Assembly: GCF_035084215.1 (NCBI RefSeq)
Contig: NC_090356.1
Location: forward strand, 22,940,001 to 23,004,000
DNA: 64,000 nucleotides
Reading direction: 5' to 3'
From: Heptranchias perlo
Lineage: Eukaryota
The translations under genes were made by a program, and so were the position numbers. This document shows positions 39,485 through 51,874 of this stretch, piece after piece. Every line of letters starts with the position of its first letter. The stretch's first letter is position 1. Under the pieces are notes generated by a model that saw only the letters and a list, made by a program, of their open reading frames with translations, was not told where the DNA came from and did no database searches.

Positions 39485-39660
39485 GAGATTGCTAATTAGT
39501 GACATCAGGGACAGTCTTGTGTTGTCCCATAGACACTAGGAACTGGATTGAGTCTGCTCCAACTCATTTCATGTGGGCTTCTTACAGCCATCGGGAGAGG
39601 AGACTTTCATCTTACCAGACTCAGCTGGATTTGAACTCAGGTCTCAGAGGTGAAATCAAT
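39485..39660 (-). mobile_element. LF-SINE-like element
   Basis: - strand has tttcacctct, gttcaaatccagc, gaaagtc, gatggctgt, tgaaatgagttgg, ctcaatccagttcctagtg, cactaattagca, colinear with the recalled LF-SINE consensus. Confidence 0.7.
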
Positions 39661-40270
39661 TGTAGCTCAGTGTAAATGTACAAAATCAATTCTCATTAAA
39701 GGTTTCAAACATTAAATCCTGTCTTTGACAATGAAAGACGGATAAAAAATGTGGGGAGAGGAGAATAAATAGGGCAACTGTACACTCGCTAGGGCTGAGA
39801 TATGCTCCAGTACCTCTTGGTCCAAATTCCAATGATTTACTAATTATATCTTTGTTACCATCAATAAGTGGACAACACACCTCCCACTAGCAAAACAGAC
39901 TTTTTCTGTTTTTCTGTCATTTGTTCTCTGCTATTTCTTAATTTTCATTTCTCTCATCCTGCCATGACTTTCTCGCTCTCTCTCCAATTCTCCATTCTCT
40001 ATTTCCTTCACGGTGCTGTCTCTCCCACTCTTTCTGCCATTCCTCTACTCTCTATCCCCTCGCTGTGCTGTGTCTCTGTCTCCTTTACTGTGCTGTGTGT
40101 CTCACACAATGGGGTAGACTTTCATCTTCACTGCCTGGGCAGTAATCTGGCAGAGCAGATCACCCGGCAGATTGCCAGTGTGCTTTCGTTACGAATTTAC
40201 ACGATTAAAGCTGTGTTGTTGGAGAGCTTGTACATTTTTCTGACCTTTTGTCTCTTCTTTTAAATTCCAG

Positions 40271-40319
40271 ATCAAATTTTAAAAAAACATCACCTGCCAA
40301 GGGGGAGCAGTACTTGTAG
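40271..40319 (+). CDS. CLDN19: Claudin-19 alternative terminal coding exon 5 (long isoform, 222 aa)
   Basis: Polypyrimidine tract plus ttccAG ending 40270; joined to donor GTACGT at 36287 reads ESNFKKTSPAKGEQYL*, same length and K/AKG positions as recalled human long tail EPVVKLPASAKGPLGV; AATAAA 320 nt downstream. Confidence 0.82.
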
Positions 40320-40638
40320 CGAGGCCGTGCACTGCGATTTTGTAACATCGGCACAAATGTGTTTGATTCCTTCACGTGAGCAATCTTTAAAAGAATGTAA
40401 TTGTAAAGTTCTGTGTCTTTACCAAAAACGTACTTAGACCCTAGGACAATGTGCAGGACACTGTGTAGCCCAGTCCCCTTCCCTTCTTCACTGTTGCTTA
40501 TATACGGCCTGGAATTAGAACTCAAATGTACATACATTCTCTGATTATATATGCTTTATGAAGATTGTATTTTCGTGTATGCTGAATGTTGTTAATTCAG
40601 CTGTTGTACTGGATGCTGAAGAAAAAATGTTTTCTTTT

Positions 40639-40644
40639 AATAAA
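40639..40644 (+). terminator. Probable polyadenylation signal of CLDN19 long isoform
   Basis: AATAAA after AT-rich 3' UTR, followed by GT/T-rich tgtgtctcagtattttattt. Confidence 0.65.
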
Positions 40645-40689
40645 GGTGAATGAAATGTGTCTCAGTATTTATTTAAAGTCAGGAATGAG

Positions 40690-41003
40690 AAAGATAGAAG
40701 GTGCATTTATATAGCACCGTTCACCTCCTCAGCACATCTCAATGTGCTTCTCAGTCAATGAATCACTTTGGAATTACTGTTGTTATGTAAGCAAACACGG
40801 CAGCTAAATTGTGCACAGATAGGTCCCACAAACAGAACAGATGAATGACAAATTAATCTGGTGTTAGTTGAGGGAAGAAAGTTAGTTAGTTGAGCAGGAG
40901 AGCTACCAACTCTTCTTCAAATAGTACCATGGAATCTTTTATGGGCACCTAAAGGGGGCCTCAGTTTAGCATCTCATCTGAAAGTTAGCATCTCTGACAA
41001 TAA
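40690..41003 (-). mobile_element. Deu-domain SINE
   Basis: Same core just downstream of the CLDN19 poly(A) signal. Confidence 0.75.
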
Positions 41004-43857
41004 AGCAACAGCAACTTGCATTTATATAGCGCCTTTAAGGTAGTAAAATGTCCCATGGCGCTTCACAGGAGCGTTATTAATCAAAATTTGACACCGAGCC
41101 ACATAAGGAGATATTAGGACAGGTGACCAAAAAGCACTTGCTTGCTGCTGTACTGAAGTGTCATTTCTAGATTACTGCCTAGAGGTTCCTCCGAATTTGT
41201 GCCCAGAGAAATGTGTAATCTGGGCGCAAACCAATTATGTGGCTTAAAAGATCGCGGAATTTTGGGCGTAAGTGACGTCCATCCATTAAACTCTTCATCT
41301 AAATGAATCTCGTCCACAAAACGGGCCACACCCTCAGCTCTCCGATGCGAGTATTCTCCAATTGCACATGTTTGGCAGGATTGGGTGGGGGGCTTCTCAA
41401 TATCGCGACCAGATTTTCAGGCGCAGTTGGAAAGAAATCCTTCTTCTGGTGTTTAATTGCAATTTTAGGAACATTTATAAAACATTTATCCTCACTGTGA
41501 CCCGCTCTGTATTTTCTGTTTCTTCGAATGGATTTTTATGGCATAAGCACATGTCACATTAAAAATTGAAAAGCTTCCCCCGATTGCAGGTTCCGAAACA
41601 TGAAGTGCCTGATGTGCAGGAATAATGATTAAATGAGTTGAAACCCAAATTTTCATGCTTAGGGAGTTAACATACTGGTGTGAGTTCAATGCTTTCCTTG
41701 GGCTCTGATTGTTTACCCTGATTTATGCCCATTTTAAGTTGGGGCGTATTCTAATGAGATTGGGAGGAGATTTGGGCAAAAATTAACATCGGCAAAATGA
41801 GCGCAGCATTGGGTGCAATTTTGCTTCTAACTTCCAGGTTGTGCCCAAAGAGGAAACTCCAGGCCTCTGTGCTTCAGTCCTGACTCAGAGGGAAGAATGG
41901 TACCAACTGAGCCAAGCTCACAGTTAGGGGTGCCCATTAGGCCTATTGGTTCATTTTGTCTTCGTTCAGGATTTGCGTGACCTTTTTTTGCAATTTCTCC
42001 CCTTCTCTCCTGAAGATGCTCGCTTATGCTGGGGCTGGGCATTCTTCATGTGAAAGCCAAAGAGACTCAGTTATGGCAGGCTGTTCAAGCCAAGCCTCAT
42101 CCTGTCCTCACCCGCGGCCCAAACACATGCACGTTTCAGCTGGGCTCATGGCAGCTGCCAATCAGAAGTGAGAATGCTGGTTCATCTTTCCTTTTCTAGC
42201 CCAAGGTTGCTGAGGCTAAATGTCCCAACCACCGATCACAGATGAGTGAACTCATCACAGACCAGGAATGGAGCATGGCTCCTTCCCCAACATTTTAAAT
42301 TTAAAACCCTCATTCTTGTTTATAAATTCCTCCATGGCCTGACTGCACCTTAGCCTCTGCAAGTTCTTTCAGCTCTATAACCCCTCTCAAACTTTCTGTT
42401 CCTCTGATTGCGGCCTTCATTCATAGAATCATAGTATCATGGAACCTTACAGTGCAGAAGGAAGCCATTCGGCCCAAAGTGCCTGTGCCAGCTCTTTCAA
42501 AGAACGATCCAATTAATCCCACTCCCCCGCTCTTTCTCCATAGCCCTGCAAATTTTTCCTTTTCAACTTATATATCCAATTCCCTTTTGAAAGTTATATT
42601 TAACCTGCTTCCACCGCCCTTTCAGGTGGTAAAACCTTCAGTCGCCTTGGTCCTCTCTCTTTCAATCTCTCCCTGGACCTCTCCAGCTCACCACTTCTTT
42701 CTCCACCTTTAAAAACCTTCTCAAAATCCACCTCCTCAGCCAAACTTTTCACTATATCGCCTAATTTCACTTTTCCCAGCTCAGTGTCCATTTCCAACTC
42801 CCATCTGCCTTGAGACATTTTTTTTTACATTAAAGGCACTATATAAATTCAAGTCGCTATTATTTATCAATGAGTTAACAAGTTCTTCTGTAACAATAGT
42901 GAACAAAGATGTCAGCCAGCAGGAGGCAGCGCAGCTGCACGATAAATAAACAGCTCAGTCTCCAAGATAGGGTGCACCTCCTATTCCACTGAAAACCGGC
43001 CAGAATCATTGGACACCAATCAGAAGAGCCAATCCTGGCTGATATTTTCTCTGTCCCTAGTCTAGAGGCACTGAGGCCAATTGTAGTGTTCAATTACTAC
43101 ACTGGATGTGATAAAAATATGAGAAATCTTGGAGCAAGAAAAAACTATTCACCCATCAAGCCCACTCCATCCTGAACATTGAATGACTATTCTGTTGTGG
43201 AGGCCACCTCCCCCCGCCTCCCACTCCCAGGCAACTATCTGTTGATCCCCTACTTTAAGGAGCATTAAGTTCCTGCCCTTTCTCCCTTGAAAAAAAACTA
43301 ATTAAGTAGTGCTGTTAATATCGCATAGTCCTCAATCCCTCTTCTCAACCGACATTAATCCAGCTCCCTCCTAAAGCTATTAATTGATCCTTAGTCAACT
43401 CCCTTCTCTGGGAGTCTGTTCCTAATGTCCACTATCCAGTGGGGAAAAAACTTCTTTGCTGATCTTGCTCAAGACTTGTGGGATTATCTGACTTGCATAG
43501 GCTGGGGACTGAATCTGGGATGTTCCTGGTCCATATGGCTCAATATCACACTAGGAGGAAATCTGCTAAAACCATATAGGACATAGGAACATAGGAACAG
43601 GAGTAGGCCATTCAGCCCCTCGTGCCTGCTCCGCCATTTGATAAGATCATGGCTGATCTGTGATCTAGCTCCATATACTTGCCTTTGGCCCATATCCCTT
43701 AATACCTTTGGTTGCCAAAAAGCAATCTATCTCAGATTTAAATTTAGCATCTATCACTTACCATGAGTCCTGGCCTGTACCCTGCCACTCCCTTTGAAAT
43801 AAGAATTTATTTCTAAACTATTCAGGCAAGTCCACATTTACTGCATTAAGTGGCAGT

Positions 43858-45157
43858 TCATTTCATGGACAGTGCTATCAAGCGGCACTTATCAATAACC
43901 TGCTCACCGATGCTCAGTTTGGGTTCTGCCAGGACCACTTGGCTCCAGACCTCATTACAGCCTTTGACCAAACATGGACACAACAGCTGAATTCCAGAGG
44001 TGAGGTGAGAGTGACTACATTTGACCAAATGTGGCACCAATGAGCTCTAGTAAAACTGAAGCCAATAGTGGCCAGGGAGGGAACTCTCCAATGGCTGGAA
44101 TCATACCTGGCACAAAGGAAGATGGTAGTGGTTGTTGGCGGTAGTCATCTCAGCCCCAGGACATTGCTGCAGGAGGCCCTCAGGGCAGCGTGCTAGGCCC
44201 AACTATCTTCAGCTGCTTCATCAATGAACTTCCCTCCATCATATGGTCAGAAGTGGGGTTGTTTGCTGATGATTGCACAGTGTTCAGCTCCATTTACAAT
44301 TCCTTATGAAGCAGACTATGCCTGCATGCAGCAAGATCTGGATAACATCCAGGTTTGTAAAATGTTAAGTAAATTTCATGCCACACAAGTGCCAGGCAAC
44401 GACCATCTCCAACAAGACAGAGCATAACCACCTCCCCTTGACATTCAATGGCATTACCATCACTGAGTCCCCTACCATCAACATCCTGGGAGTCACAATT
44501 GACCATAAACTTAACTGGACCAGCCACATAAATGCCTTGGCTACTAGAGCAAGTCAGAGGCTGGGTATTCTGCAGCGAGTGACTCACCTCCTAATTCCCC
44601 AAAGCCTTTCCACCATCTACAAGGCACAAGTCAGGAGTGTGATGGATTACTCTTCACTCGCCTAGATGGGTGCAGCTGCAGCAACTCTCAAGAAGCTCGA
44701 CACCATCCAGGTCAAAGGAGCCTGTTTGATCGGCAGCCCATCCACTGGCTTAAACATTCACTCCCTCCACCACCGGCGCACCGTGGCTACAGTTTGTACC
44801 ATCTACAGGATGCAATGCAGCAACTCGCCAAGGCTTTTTTGACAGCACCTCCCAAACCCACGTCCTCTACCACCTAGAAGGACAAGGGCAGCAGGCACAT
44901 GGGAACAACACCACCTGCCCGTTCCCCTCCAAGTCACACACCATACTGACTTGGAAATATATCTCCGTTCCTTCACTGTCGCTGGGTCAAAATCCTGGAA
45001 CTCCCTACCTAACAGCAGTGTGGGAGAACCTTCACCACACGGACTGCAACAGTTCAAGAAGTAGGCTCACCACCACCTTCTCAAGGGCAATTAGGGATGG
45101 GCAATAAATGCTGGCCTTACCAGGGACGCCCACATCCCATGAATGAATTAAAAAAAA
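43858..45157 (+). mobile_element. 5'-truncated CR1-superfamily LINE (RT remnant plus 3' end)
   Basis: Decayed RT motifs GPQGSVLGPTIFSCFINELPS and VGLFADDCTV with stops; ends catgaatgaattaaaaaaaa. Confidence 0.88.
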
Positions 45158-45524
45158 TCTCTGCTGGTTACCTATAGCCCCATTACCTGGTCTCTGTTAC
45201 TCACTGTTGATTACCTGTAGACCCACTATCCAGTTCCTCTCCTGCTGCTGCGTTCACACAGCCCTAATATCCAGTCTATCTCTACCCATACACTTCCCTG
45301 ACTCATCCAACTCCTGTTCCAGGGTCAATGAGACCCCTGCATTTTGTTCTTGCCCCCAAACCGTCTAATCTCGGCTCCTTATTGAAAACTGGCCAAACTC
45401 AATTGAATAAAAATCAGCAGCAGTAGTGGAAACTAACAGAATAATTAGCAGTCCCAGCCCACATTGATCAGGTTAGCAACACCACACTGCCCGAACAATT
45501 CAGTTTGGTCTACACGGACTAGGT

Positions 45525-46040
45525 ATATCAGAGTGTGGGAATATTAAAGTGTGGGTATATCAGAGTGTGGGTATATTAAAGTGTGGGTATATTAGAGTGT
45601 GGGTATGTTACAATGTGGGTATATTAGAGAGTGGGTATATTGACTGTAGGTATATTAGAGTGTGGGTATATTAGAGTGAGAGTAAATCAGAGTGTGGGTA
45701 TATTAGAGTGTGGGTATATTAGAGTGTGGGTATATTAGAGTGTGGGTATATTGACTGTAGGTATATTAGAGTGTGGGTATATTAGAGTGAGAGTAAATCA
45801 GAGTGTGGGTATATTAGAGTGTGGGTATATTAGAGTGTGGGTATATCCAAGTGTGGATAGATCACAGTGTGGGTATATTAGAGTGTAGGTATATCAGAGA
45901 GTGGATATATGAGAGGGGGATATGAACAAATGTGTTACATGAGAGAGTGTTGTCTATCAGAGGTACATCAGAGAGTATTATACATACAGTGGATACCTGA
46001 GAGTATTGTATATCAGATGGTTTGGTATATCAGAGAGTGG
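45525..46040. repeat. Minisatellite, 16-bp unit gagtgtgggtatatta
   Basis: Direct tandem repetition ~1.3 kb upstream of the CLDN16-like ATG. Confidence 0.92.
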
Positions 46041-47276
46041 GTACAGTACAACAGAGACTCTGATGTGCTGTCTCGATTCTCGATGCACTACACTCTACAA
46101 GACTTGTTAAAGGTGTAAATGGCAGGTTGACTCAGTTTTAGCACTCATACCTCTGTGTTAGCAGGTTGTGGATTCAAGTCCTACTATGGACTTCAGCATA
46201 TAATCTAGGCTGACATCTCCAGCTGTCTGTTCAGGTGGCACTACTTGAAGAGTAAACAGTTCTCCTGATCCCAGCACCACCATTGTCTGAATCAGATAGA
46301 ATTGCGAAAATGTCAGTACAGAAAGAGACCATTCAGCGAGCTGGCTGTAGATCGGAAGCATTGACATTAACAGCACTTCTTGCAAGTATTATTCTCCTGT
46401 AATAGACCAGAAAAGCCTCAGAAATTTTCCATTAGATGGCAGTGGTTTAATTCAATGCACAAGCACTTTTGGACATTTTCTCGATGGGTAAGTGCACCAT
46501 CTTGGACTGTACAACACGGGCCAGGAAGGTTCCAGGTTTGATTCTTGGTCTGTGCTGCGTTGGCTGATCCCAGCCAAGGTGCCAATTGGAGCTGGCGCTC
46601 CTGATCACTGCAGTCACCCCTAGTGAAGAGTGTGTGTGTGGGGTGAGATTGGACTTGGGCAGAATCAGTCACCCTCTCCCCACTGATAATGTCTGGAGTG
46701 GCCGTTTGGCGATGACCTGGGGGGCTGCCCATCCTCCTCGGGGCCATTACCCAGTGAGGGTGGGAGACGGGGGTGGGAAATTGCCAAAAAGAATTAAATG
46801 ATTTTGGAGTGAGTTGAGGAGTTGAGGAGTTGAATTTTATCATCAAAAAACTACAATAGGTAAAAGCCCCCAAAAAATCCCAGCACAAAACAGTGTATAA
46901 ATATTCAAATGAAAGGGAAATGGGTGAGGGGCTGTCTGGATTTTTCCAGCTCCAGCCAGCTGTCAAGTCAAAATTTCCGGTCGCACATTTGATTTTTACG
47001 GGTCCCTGAGCACAGAGAGGTCAGAATAATTAGTTTCTGTAGTTGTGAAAGTGACCGGTTATTTACAATGATTCCTGAGTGCGTCGGGTGGAGGTAATGT
47101 TTGTGCAAACCTTTCCTTTCGTATTATTTTTTCTAAAAATATCTACCATCTTATTTTTCCTTCAATTAATTAAGGAACAGTCTGCTTTGTGTGTGTGTGT
47201 GAATCCATTCACCTTCATTGTTAAAGTCTGATGTTGAACATTCTTTTCCCGCAAGTGCTCCAGCCTAGAGTTGAAG

Positions 47277-47390
47277 ATGATTTTCGTGCTGCAAATTATG
47301 TCCTTCGGTTTGGCCTTTGTGTCAACTATTTTCTTGATTGTGGCGACCTGGACGGATTGCTGGATGGTGAATGCTGATGATAGTTTGGAG
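47277..47390 (+). CDS. CLDN16: Claudin-16-like coding exon 1, 114 nt (not in ORF track)
   Basis: [38 protein letters not shown]; [20 protein letters not shown] matches recalled human CLDN16; in-frame upstream TGA at 47235; donor GTAAGT at 47391. Orthologue versus paralogue unresolved. Confidence 0.93.
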
Positions 47391-47620
47391 GTAAGTGATC
47401 ACTGACTTGTTTTGGAAATCACCTCCCCACCCCCACACCCCCACCCCTCGCCCACCAAAACTGGAACTCAACCGTAGACACCTTACCTTGCAAACCAGGG
47501 TCTTATCTAACTCATTGTTCTGTGTGGTGGCACTCTTGAATATTGGGGAGCTTATGGTTGTATTCTGGAACTGGCTTGTTTTCTGCAGTGCTGTTGGAGG
47601 AGGGAACTGCAGAGTGTAAG

Positions 47621-48044
47621 ATGGTTGTGGGTTCAAGTCCCACTCCAGAGACTTGAGCACATAAGGTAGACTGATACTCCAGTGCTGTACTGAGGGGGTG
47701 CCACACTGTCAGAGGTGCCACCTTTCGGATGAGACGTTAAACCGAGGCCCCATCTGACCTCTCGGGTGGACGTAAAAGATCCCATGGCACTATTTCGAAG
47801 AAGAGCAGGGGAGCTCTCCCCAGTGTCCTGTCCAGCATTTATCCCTCAACCAACACCTGAAACAGATTATCTGGTCATTTATTTCATTGCTGTTTGTGGG
47901 AGCTTGCTGTGCACAAATTGGCTGCTGTGTTTTCTACATTACAACAGTGACTACACTTCAAAAATACTTAATTGGCTGTAAAATGCTTTGGGATGTCCTG
48001 AGGTCATGAAAGGCGCTATATAAATGCAAGTTCTTTCTTTCTTT
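47621..48044 (+). mobile_element. Deu-domain SINE, CLDN16-like intron 1
   Basis: B box, cctttcggatgagacgttaaaccgagg core, tail. Confidence 0.87.
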
Positions 48045-48989
48045 GTATGAAATGTGCTGGGTATGTGAGTGCCAGTGCTGATTATGTCGGGATGGATGAG
48101 CTGGGATGGGTCGATGGCGTTCATCCTCTGTATCTGTCTTGTGGCAAATCAGTCATTCATTCCCATGCTGTCAGGACAGGGCTGGTTTCAGAAATCTGAA
48201 ACTGTGGTTGCTCCTTGTCTTTCACCTCTACGAGTTGAACCCTTGACTGCAGCTCTTGTTTGGGGGTTGGGGGGGGAGGCAACAATGGTGGTAATTAGCG
48301 CACTGTTCCGTCATGGAAGGGCTACTGCTGGAATTCTGTGGAGAACGATCGTAAGCAGGGCCACTGATTCAGGGCAAATGTATAAGTCAAATTCCATAAT
48401 TTCTTATGTGGGATTCTGAGATTTTTACTAGTATTTTGGAGGACTGTATTACAGAATTCCATCTGTTTGTAATTAGGCCCATTGGGTTTATGGTGACTGA
48501 ATAAATCAAACTCTGTCATTTGTTACACTGGATTACAGAATTTTTAATGTTGTCTTGGGGATTGGACGCAATTCCATCCATTTTTCTATGAAAACCACAA
48601 ATCAGTTACCTTGATCATAAGTAGGCGAGATACAGAGTATTGCTCTCTCCCCAGTGGAGAGTGGATTTGGGGGTTGGTAGGATTGGATGTGAGAAAAAGG
48701 CTTGTTGAGTTACAAATAACAAGCTCACACATAAGCTCACAAACTGAGAATAGCTGAATAGGACTTCAATATTTATCCTCCCAATGTTTTTGCATTTGGA
48801 AAGCTGAAAGAACGAAACGATTGACCCTCATTGAAAAATAGCCTGTTTACTGCCTAAGGAGCTGGCACATGCCAGAGGCGGTGAATGGCCTTTATTTGTT
48901 CCTAACATATGTTCTGATGATGGCGCAAGTTGTACTTATTGTGTAACTTTTGCCCTTTGCCATAAAACTATGCTAAAACGTTTGGCTAA

Positions 48990-49800
48990 TGGGCTATATG
49001 CGGGCACGGAGCCAGTGTTAGCCCCATTAAGATATCCCGGGCAAGGGTGTTGTGATGGCACATCTTGTTAAAGCCCTTGTGAGCTGGTCATGTGGTGGGG
49101 AGATGTTCGGTTCAGGACCTGAAACAGGGGAGGTATCAGCAATGTGCCCGCTGTGTCTGCCCAACGCCATGGTCGAGAGACCCGAATCATTTTCAGGTTC
49201 AAGCCTCATTTAGGTTTTACCGGCAAGCTGCGGGCGCCAAACAGGCCCTCCTCCCTTGCTTGCTGGTTTCGTGATGTGGAAAATTGGCCGTCTTCTGCAA
49301 AGAGCTGTCCAGCAGGTAGAGCCTGTTGGGCGGGGGGGGGGGGAGGGGGGCGGGGCGGGGGGGTTGGTGAGGGAAGCAGATAACGGGGGAAGGGGGTGGG
49401 GGGAGGCAAGAATAGGCCGGCTACGAGCCGAAAGATTTTTCGGGGGCCAGGAGGAGCATGGATGCTTTTTCTGGCCCCTCAAAAATTTTTTTTAAAGATC
49501 AAAACTCACCTTTTCGGAGAAGGCTCCAGTGGTCCCTTTAAGGACCACTAGTAAGGCCACTCAATGCCTGGAAAAGGAGGCACAAGCATGTACTTCGCAT
49601 GCTCCGCCCACTTCTCCTTGAAAATTGCAATCGGAGGTCCTACAAGCTGCGTAGGACCCCTATTTGCATATTTAAGCAGCCTCCCACCTGTTTTGAGCGG
49701 GAGTGCTGGGCGCCCATTTAAAGACCAGCTTGAAAATTGAATCAGGCGGGTACAAATCCCCACCAGATTTTCGTCTCCCAATTGCCAATTTTTCAGGCAA
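48990..49800. mobile_element. GC-rich non-autonomous DNA-transposon-like segment, CLDN16-like intron 1
   Basis: CpG-rich island with short internal palindromes (ggtcctacaagctgcgtaggacc) in AT-rich intron; similar character at 41185-41860 and 62008-62400; family not determined. Confidence 0.4.
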
Positions 49801-49911
49801 GGAACGGGCAGCAGGAAGTTGAACACTAACTTTTAAACACTTTTCATACCTGTTTGCATCTTTCTCCTCATTCCCTTCATCTCATTTTGAGGTGGGAGCA
49901 CCTTCCAAGGC

Positions 49912-50290
49912 ATTGGAACATGGGGACATAGGAGCAGGAGTAGGCCATTCAGCCCCTGGAGCCTGTTCCACCATTCAATAAGATTATGGCTGATCTGTGT
50001 CTGAACCTGCCTCGGTTCCGTAACCTTTAATACCCTTGCCTAACAAAAATCAATCAATCTCAGTTTTGAAATTTTCTTTTGACCCCCAGTCTCAACAGCT
50101 TTTTGGGGGAGAGCTCCAGATTTCCACTACCCTTTGTGTGAAGAAATGTTTGCGGATATCACCCCTGAATGGCCCAGCTCTGACTTTAAGGTTATGCCCA
50201 CCTCCCCCCATCAGAGGAAATAGTTTCTCTCTATCTATGCCATCAACTCCTTTAATCATCTTAAACCCCTCAATTACATCACCCCTTGTT
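49912..50290 (-). mobile_element. CR1 LINE 3' fragment
   Basis: RGDVIEGFKMIKGVD...HFFTQRVVEIWSS; similar tails at 9605-9850, 11960-12160, 16430-16775, 20420-20715, 21500-21760, 42421-42630, 43577-43750 (-) and 37855-38265, 50781-50950 (+). Confidence 0.85.
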
Positions 50291-50954
50291 CTCCACTGGG
50301 CTTTCACTGGCTCCAAAAGCTGTTTTTTCCCCTCAGTTGAAAGCTCGAAGATTGAAACAGTTGCTTCTTTGACTTGGTCAACTCTTGAAGCACAAAAATA
50401 CATCAAACCTGAAAGGATTATTTTCTGTCGAAAAGGCTCTCCGGCAGTCTCCAGAGCCCAGCAGCGATGGATTAATAAACTCATCCATGGCACAGTAAGG
50501 GTTAATGTCACACATGATATTTTAAAGAAGAATACGTCAGCAATGATCCAGGGTGAACATCAAAAGAATCAGAAAGCTAACCATCGCAAATAAATATTTG
50601 ATGTAATTTCAACCTTGTGAGGATTTCACATATTTCTAAGAATTTACTGGCAGCTCATAGTGTGCTGTTTTATTTCAGTAAATTAAATTGGTCTCGTAGA
50701 GGGCCAGACAGTCCTAGCCAGCTAGATGACCATTACAGACATGGCCAAAAGGTCCTGTCCAGCAAGTTGACCATTTAGGGGAAGCTAGATAAGGACATGA
50801 GGGAGAAAGGATTGGAAGGATATGTCGAGAGGGTGAGATGAAGTAAATAGAGTTGGAAGAGGTTCGTGTGGAGCACAAATACCGCCATGGACCAGTTGGG
50901 CTAAATGGCCTGTTTCTGCGCTATAAATTCTATGTAATTCTGTGTAATTATACA

Positions 50955-51230
50955 CAGACTGCCTGGTCAGTGAATTGACCATTATAGACATGGCCAGACT
51001 GCCTGGTCAGTGAGCTGACCATTATAGACATGGCCAGACTGCTTGGCCAGCGAGATGACCATTATAGACATGGCCAGACTGCCCTTGCTGATTAGCTGAC
51101 CAATATAGTCATGGCCAGACTGCCCTGGTGGACAGGTAATCATAATAGACATGGTCAGATTGCTCTGTAGGAGAGATGAACACTACTGGCATGCCCAGAC
51201 TGACCTGGAGGAAAGGTGAACAGGATAAAC
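50955..51230. repeat. Tandem repeat, 40-bp unit cagactgcctggtcagtgaattgaccattatagacatggc
   Basis: About 7 decaying copies, plus 2 at 50703-50780 separated by a CR1 tail. Confidence 0.88.
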
Positions 51231-51305
51231 AGGGTCTTGATGGAGCATTGACTGGCACAGATAGACACAAATGATCTTAATTCTTTCTCTTACTCAAATT
51301 CCCAG

Positions 51306-51408
51306 GTCAGTCAGAAATGCAGGGGCTTGTGGTGGGAGTGCGTCACGAACTCCATGGACGGGATCAGGACGTGCGATCAATATGACTCCATATTAGCAGA
51401 ACATCCAC
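51306..51408 (+). CDS. CLDN16: Claudin-16-like coding exon 2 (ECL1), 103 nt
   Basis: Acceptor cccAG ends 51305; [34 protein letters not shown]; donor GTAAGT at 51409, phase 1. Confidence 0.95.
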
Positions 51409-51874
51409 GTAAGTAGCTACAGAAGACCAGGTGCATAATGCACTGAAGCAGTTGTTCATTGGCCAGAGTGGTGGGGAGCTCTGGTCCACCTTACCAATGT
51501 GGAATGTGTTTGAGAGCACTAATAGCCCTCAGGTAACATGATGGATCAATTGGAATCGTTTTGTGGGTATGTACTGTCTTTGAAAAATGCAGCAATTTTC
51601 CATTATTGTGAGAGTCCTTCAGGTTATTAAATGTTCCCGGGTGCTGCAGGTATCCCTTGTTTAGCATTAGATCTCCACAAGGTTATGTGACATGAGCAGC
51701 TTTTGAAAGTTACGACGGGAATAAAACAAATGTAATTACTCAAAAAAATGGGATAAAGAAATGAAGGCAGAAATCTCAAGTCGGCAAAGTTCATGCTTAA
51801 AGCACTCGTACTACATTCCTGTATGTGCTGTTGTTAGGAAGGAGTTATCCCAATTAAAATAAACTCGCACATTT

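Noticed and set aside
50955-51230. CRISPR-like regular repeats (also 8819-8972, 56538-56710)
   Set aside because: Head-to-tail decaying tandem repeats without unique spacers, in vertebrate DNA with no cas genes
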